NCBI GenBank assembly: GCA_000388065.2
Contig: KB932203.1
From: Fonticula alba ATCC 38817
Lineage: Eukaryota > Protista > Nucleariida
Length of the DNA: 35,924 bases
Direction: 5' to 3' (one strand)
A model generated the notes under the pieces. The model was not told the origin of the DNA, made no database searches, and saw only the letters and a list, made by a program, of their open reading frames with translations. Below are positions 33,601 to 35,924 of this stretch, piece by piece. The position numbers and the translations under genes are program-made. How positions within the stretch are numbered: position 1 is the first letter of the stretch; the number at the start of each line of letters is the position of its first letter.

Positions 33601-35695
33601 GCGCATACACGCGCACACGNNNNNNNNNNNNNNNNNNNNNNNNNNNNNNNNNNNNNNNNNNNNNNNNNNNNNNNNNNNNNNNNNNNNNNNNNNNNNNNNN
33701 NNNNNNNNNNNNNNNNNNNNNNNNNNNNNNNNNNNNNNNNNNNNNNNNNNNNNNNNNNNNTAGAGAGGGTGATGCGCTCCCGCACGGGATCGAACCGCGG
33801 ACCTTGGGATTAACAGTCCCACGCTCTACCTACTGAGCCACAGGAGCACGGGGGAGCCTCCCCCACCTGCCCTCTTATGTGGATCCCCTGCCTTTTTTCC
33901 GCCTCCAGCCACTTGGGGCCGTGTCACACGCCCCGACACGCGTGCACGCACGCCGACGGCCGCGCACACACACATACAAACAAAAGCATGTGCTGGTCGA
34001 TGCAGGTATGCACACATGCATACAGATGTACGCATGCAAATGTACGCATACAGATGTACGCATACAGATGTACGCATGCAGATGTACGCATGCAGATGTA
34101 CGCATACAGACACATACATATACAGATGCACGCATACAGACACACGCATTCGTGCCCACACCCACGCACACCTACACCCATGCACGCCGAGACGCACCTG
34201 CAAATGGACGGCAAGACTTGGCGCTCAATCAGGCGCAGATCGCCAACATGGTAGAAGGACAGGTGCTCCGACAGAAGGACCCCGTGCGCCAGTGTCCCGG
34301 CCGCCGACCAGATCCGGTCCACTCGGGAGGAGCCCGACGCGGACTCGAGGCCGCTGTCACCACCCCCGGCCACCGTCACACCCCCGCGCGTCAGGGCCCA
34401 CCCGGAAGACCGGCCAGCCAACTCCTGGAAGGCGGCCGCCGCCCCGCGTCGAATGCTGACCGACACATCGAACAGCGCCGCTGCCAGGAGCTCGCGTGCC
34501 AGGCGCCCATGCAACAGCCACAGTAGCGCTGCCGAGCCGCCGGACCGGTCCCCGGTGCCCGGCTGACCATCAACCGGGTGCTCGAAGGCCACATACGAAG
34601 GGTGCGGATGTCGCGAGAGGGCTGACCCGAGGACCGAGCGGGGAGTAGAGGTGGATCCAACGACGTCAGCAAGAGGGACCCACAAAGAACCCCTCTTCCC
34701 AGCTGATGGGGACACGGGGAGGAGCAGGGAAGCGGAGAGGGGGAGAAAGAGAGAAAGAAAGAAAGAAGCAGAGGGAGAGGCAGAGCCGGTAGAGACAGCA
34801 GAGGAGCTGGAGTTGAAGCAGCAGGTGGACAGCGAAGGGGGCACGAGGGATCATCGGACCCGGGACACGCACCCCACGCCAAAAAGCAGGCCGTGTCGCG
34901 CACCGACACCACCAGACGCCGAAGCGCCGGCCGACTGGGCCCTGGCGGGAAGTGGTCCACCGTGAGGGTCAGCGCGTCGCAGGCTACCCCGGTTAGCCGG
35001 GCCAGCAGGGCCACCAGCTCTTCGGAGAGACCCGGCCCGCCGGGTGCCCCCTTGGACAGATCTCGCCGAGTGGCCTCGGCCACCGTAAACAGCACCCCGT
35101 GCAGGAGATTGGCATCGTGCGACCGGAGGAGCGTCTCGCGCCCGGGGACCCCGGCTGGCCCGGCCACCGCATCCAGCAGGTCGGCCACCAGGCGCAAGCG
35201 CACCACAGGCGCCAGGCGCGCCGACAGCACCGCCAGGCACTTGGCCGAGGTCATCCTCACCCCGGAGTCCTGCACACGCGAGACACCCGGCGCGAGGATG
35301 GGGGGTAGTGGGGGAGTGGGGGAGTGGGAAGAAAAACGGGATGGATTGTTTTGTCCGGGCCGGACCGGAGGAGGAGCGGGAGAAAAGGGGGCGTGAGCGA
35401 GAGAAGGCACCAGAATGTAGGGGCCCTGGCAAGTGGTGGCATAGGCGCCGATATCCGGAAGGGGCAGACCGCGCACCGAGTCGGCCAGATTCCGGAAGCA
35501 ATGTTGCAAACAGATGTTCGATGCCCATTGCGACACCTCGGCGAAGTCGGCCGCCTGGTACACGAAGGGCGAGGCTCCGTGGCTCGACACCGCGAAGGCG
35601 GCGGCGCCACGTGCCTCGACCGACAGCAAGTGACCAAAGGCAGTGTCGGCGGCCGGCGGCAGGAGGTGCACCGTGCACTGTGCGAGGACCTTGAG
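30650..35695 (-). CDS. TBCD: Tubulin-specific chaperone D (cofactor D), divergent, 5'-partial; exons 35695-35411, 35269-34873, 34621-34198, 33470-30650
   Basis: Motifs DSGVRMTSAKCLAVLSARL (cf. DTVVRWSAAKGIGRMAGRL), LHGVLFTVAEATRR, VRDTACFLAWALSR, ALFDVSVSIRRGAAAAFQELAGR, GDVGSWVRAAA and DTVDRVRLSA. Junctions are in frame (3927 nt). Confidence 0.88.
33775..33847 (-). tRNA. tRNA-Asn (GTT), identical to the copy at 3231-3303, inside a TBCD intron on the host strand
   Basis: Exact reverse complement of 3231-3303, lying within intron 34197-33471. Confidence 0.97.
34023..34140. repeat. 14-bp minisatellite (CAGATGTACGCATR) x6 plus degenerate copies in the TBCD intron
   Basis: Consecutive 14-nt units read from 34023. 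Confidence 0.9.
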
Positions 35696-35822
35696 CTACA
35701 GGCGTGGGGGGAGGGAGGGAAGCGAGTAGCCAAGTGGCGAGCAGGATGTCAGATCGACGCCATGGCGAGGTGGTCTTTGTGCGCGCGTGTGTATGGAGGA
35801 GACGGAGGAGGAGCGGGGTGGT

Positions 35823-35924
35823 AGAGATGGAGAGAGAGATGGAGAGAGAGATGGAGAGAGAGAGATGGAGAGAGAGAGATGGAGAGAGAGAGAGATGGAG
35901 AGAGAGAGAGATGGAGAGAGAGAT
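35823..35924. repeat. (GATGGAGAGA[GA]n) purine-rich tandem repeat, probably within an upstream TBCD intron, running off the window
   Basis: Read directly. Confidence 0.9.

Noticed and set aside
1-35924. Transposons, retroelements, viral inserts or CRISPR arrays
   Set aside because: No transposase, RT or integrase motifs, no TIR/LTR pairs and no repeat-spacer arrays. Repeats are simple tandem tracts, and the only long dispersed repeat is the tRNA pair.

Overview
This is GC-rich, intron-containing eukaryotic nuclear DNA with eight N-gaps. The style (GT[G/A]CGY donors, poly-C/CA intron tracts, large Pro/Gly/Ala/Ser insertions in proteins) suggests a protist such as Fonticula alba. That is inference, not something I verified. 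I reconstructed eight spliced or single-exon genes by hand: VPS39 (5'-partial, +), a ~2046-aa ANKFN1/WAKE/Banderuola-like protein (+), an ArfGAP with a C-terminal GAP domain (+), a TOM1/THH1/GPR137-like 7TM protein (+), a Ste7/Byr1/MEK-type MAPKK (+), a FAM210B-like protein (+), mitochondrial uL10m (+) and TBCD (5'-partial, -). There are two identical tRNA-Asn(GTT) genes in opposite orientation; one lies inside a TBCD intron. I see no transposon or CRISPR array. The strongest leads are: (1) an apparent non-animal member of the ANKFN1/WAKE family with a Ras-association-like domain at the N-terminus and no visible ANK/FN3; (2) an unannotated ~128-nt hairpin with G.U pairs favouring the + strand, between the two mitochondrial genes; (3) a ~119-nt three-way-junction element with a K-turn/SECIS-like core upstream of the first tRNA; (4) C at +4 in all 20 inferred splice donors; (5) six stop-free introns whose length is a multiple of 3. 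All homology calls come from motifs recalled from memory, not database searches.
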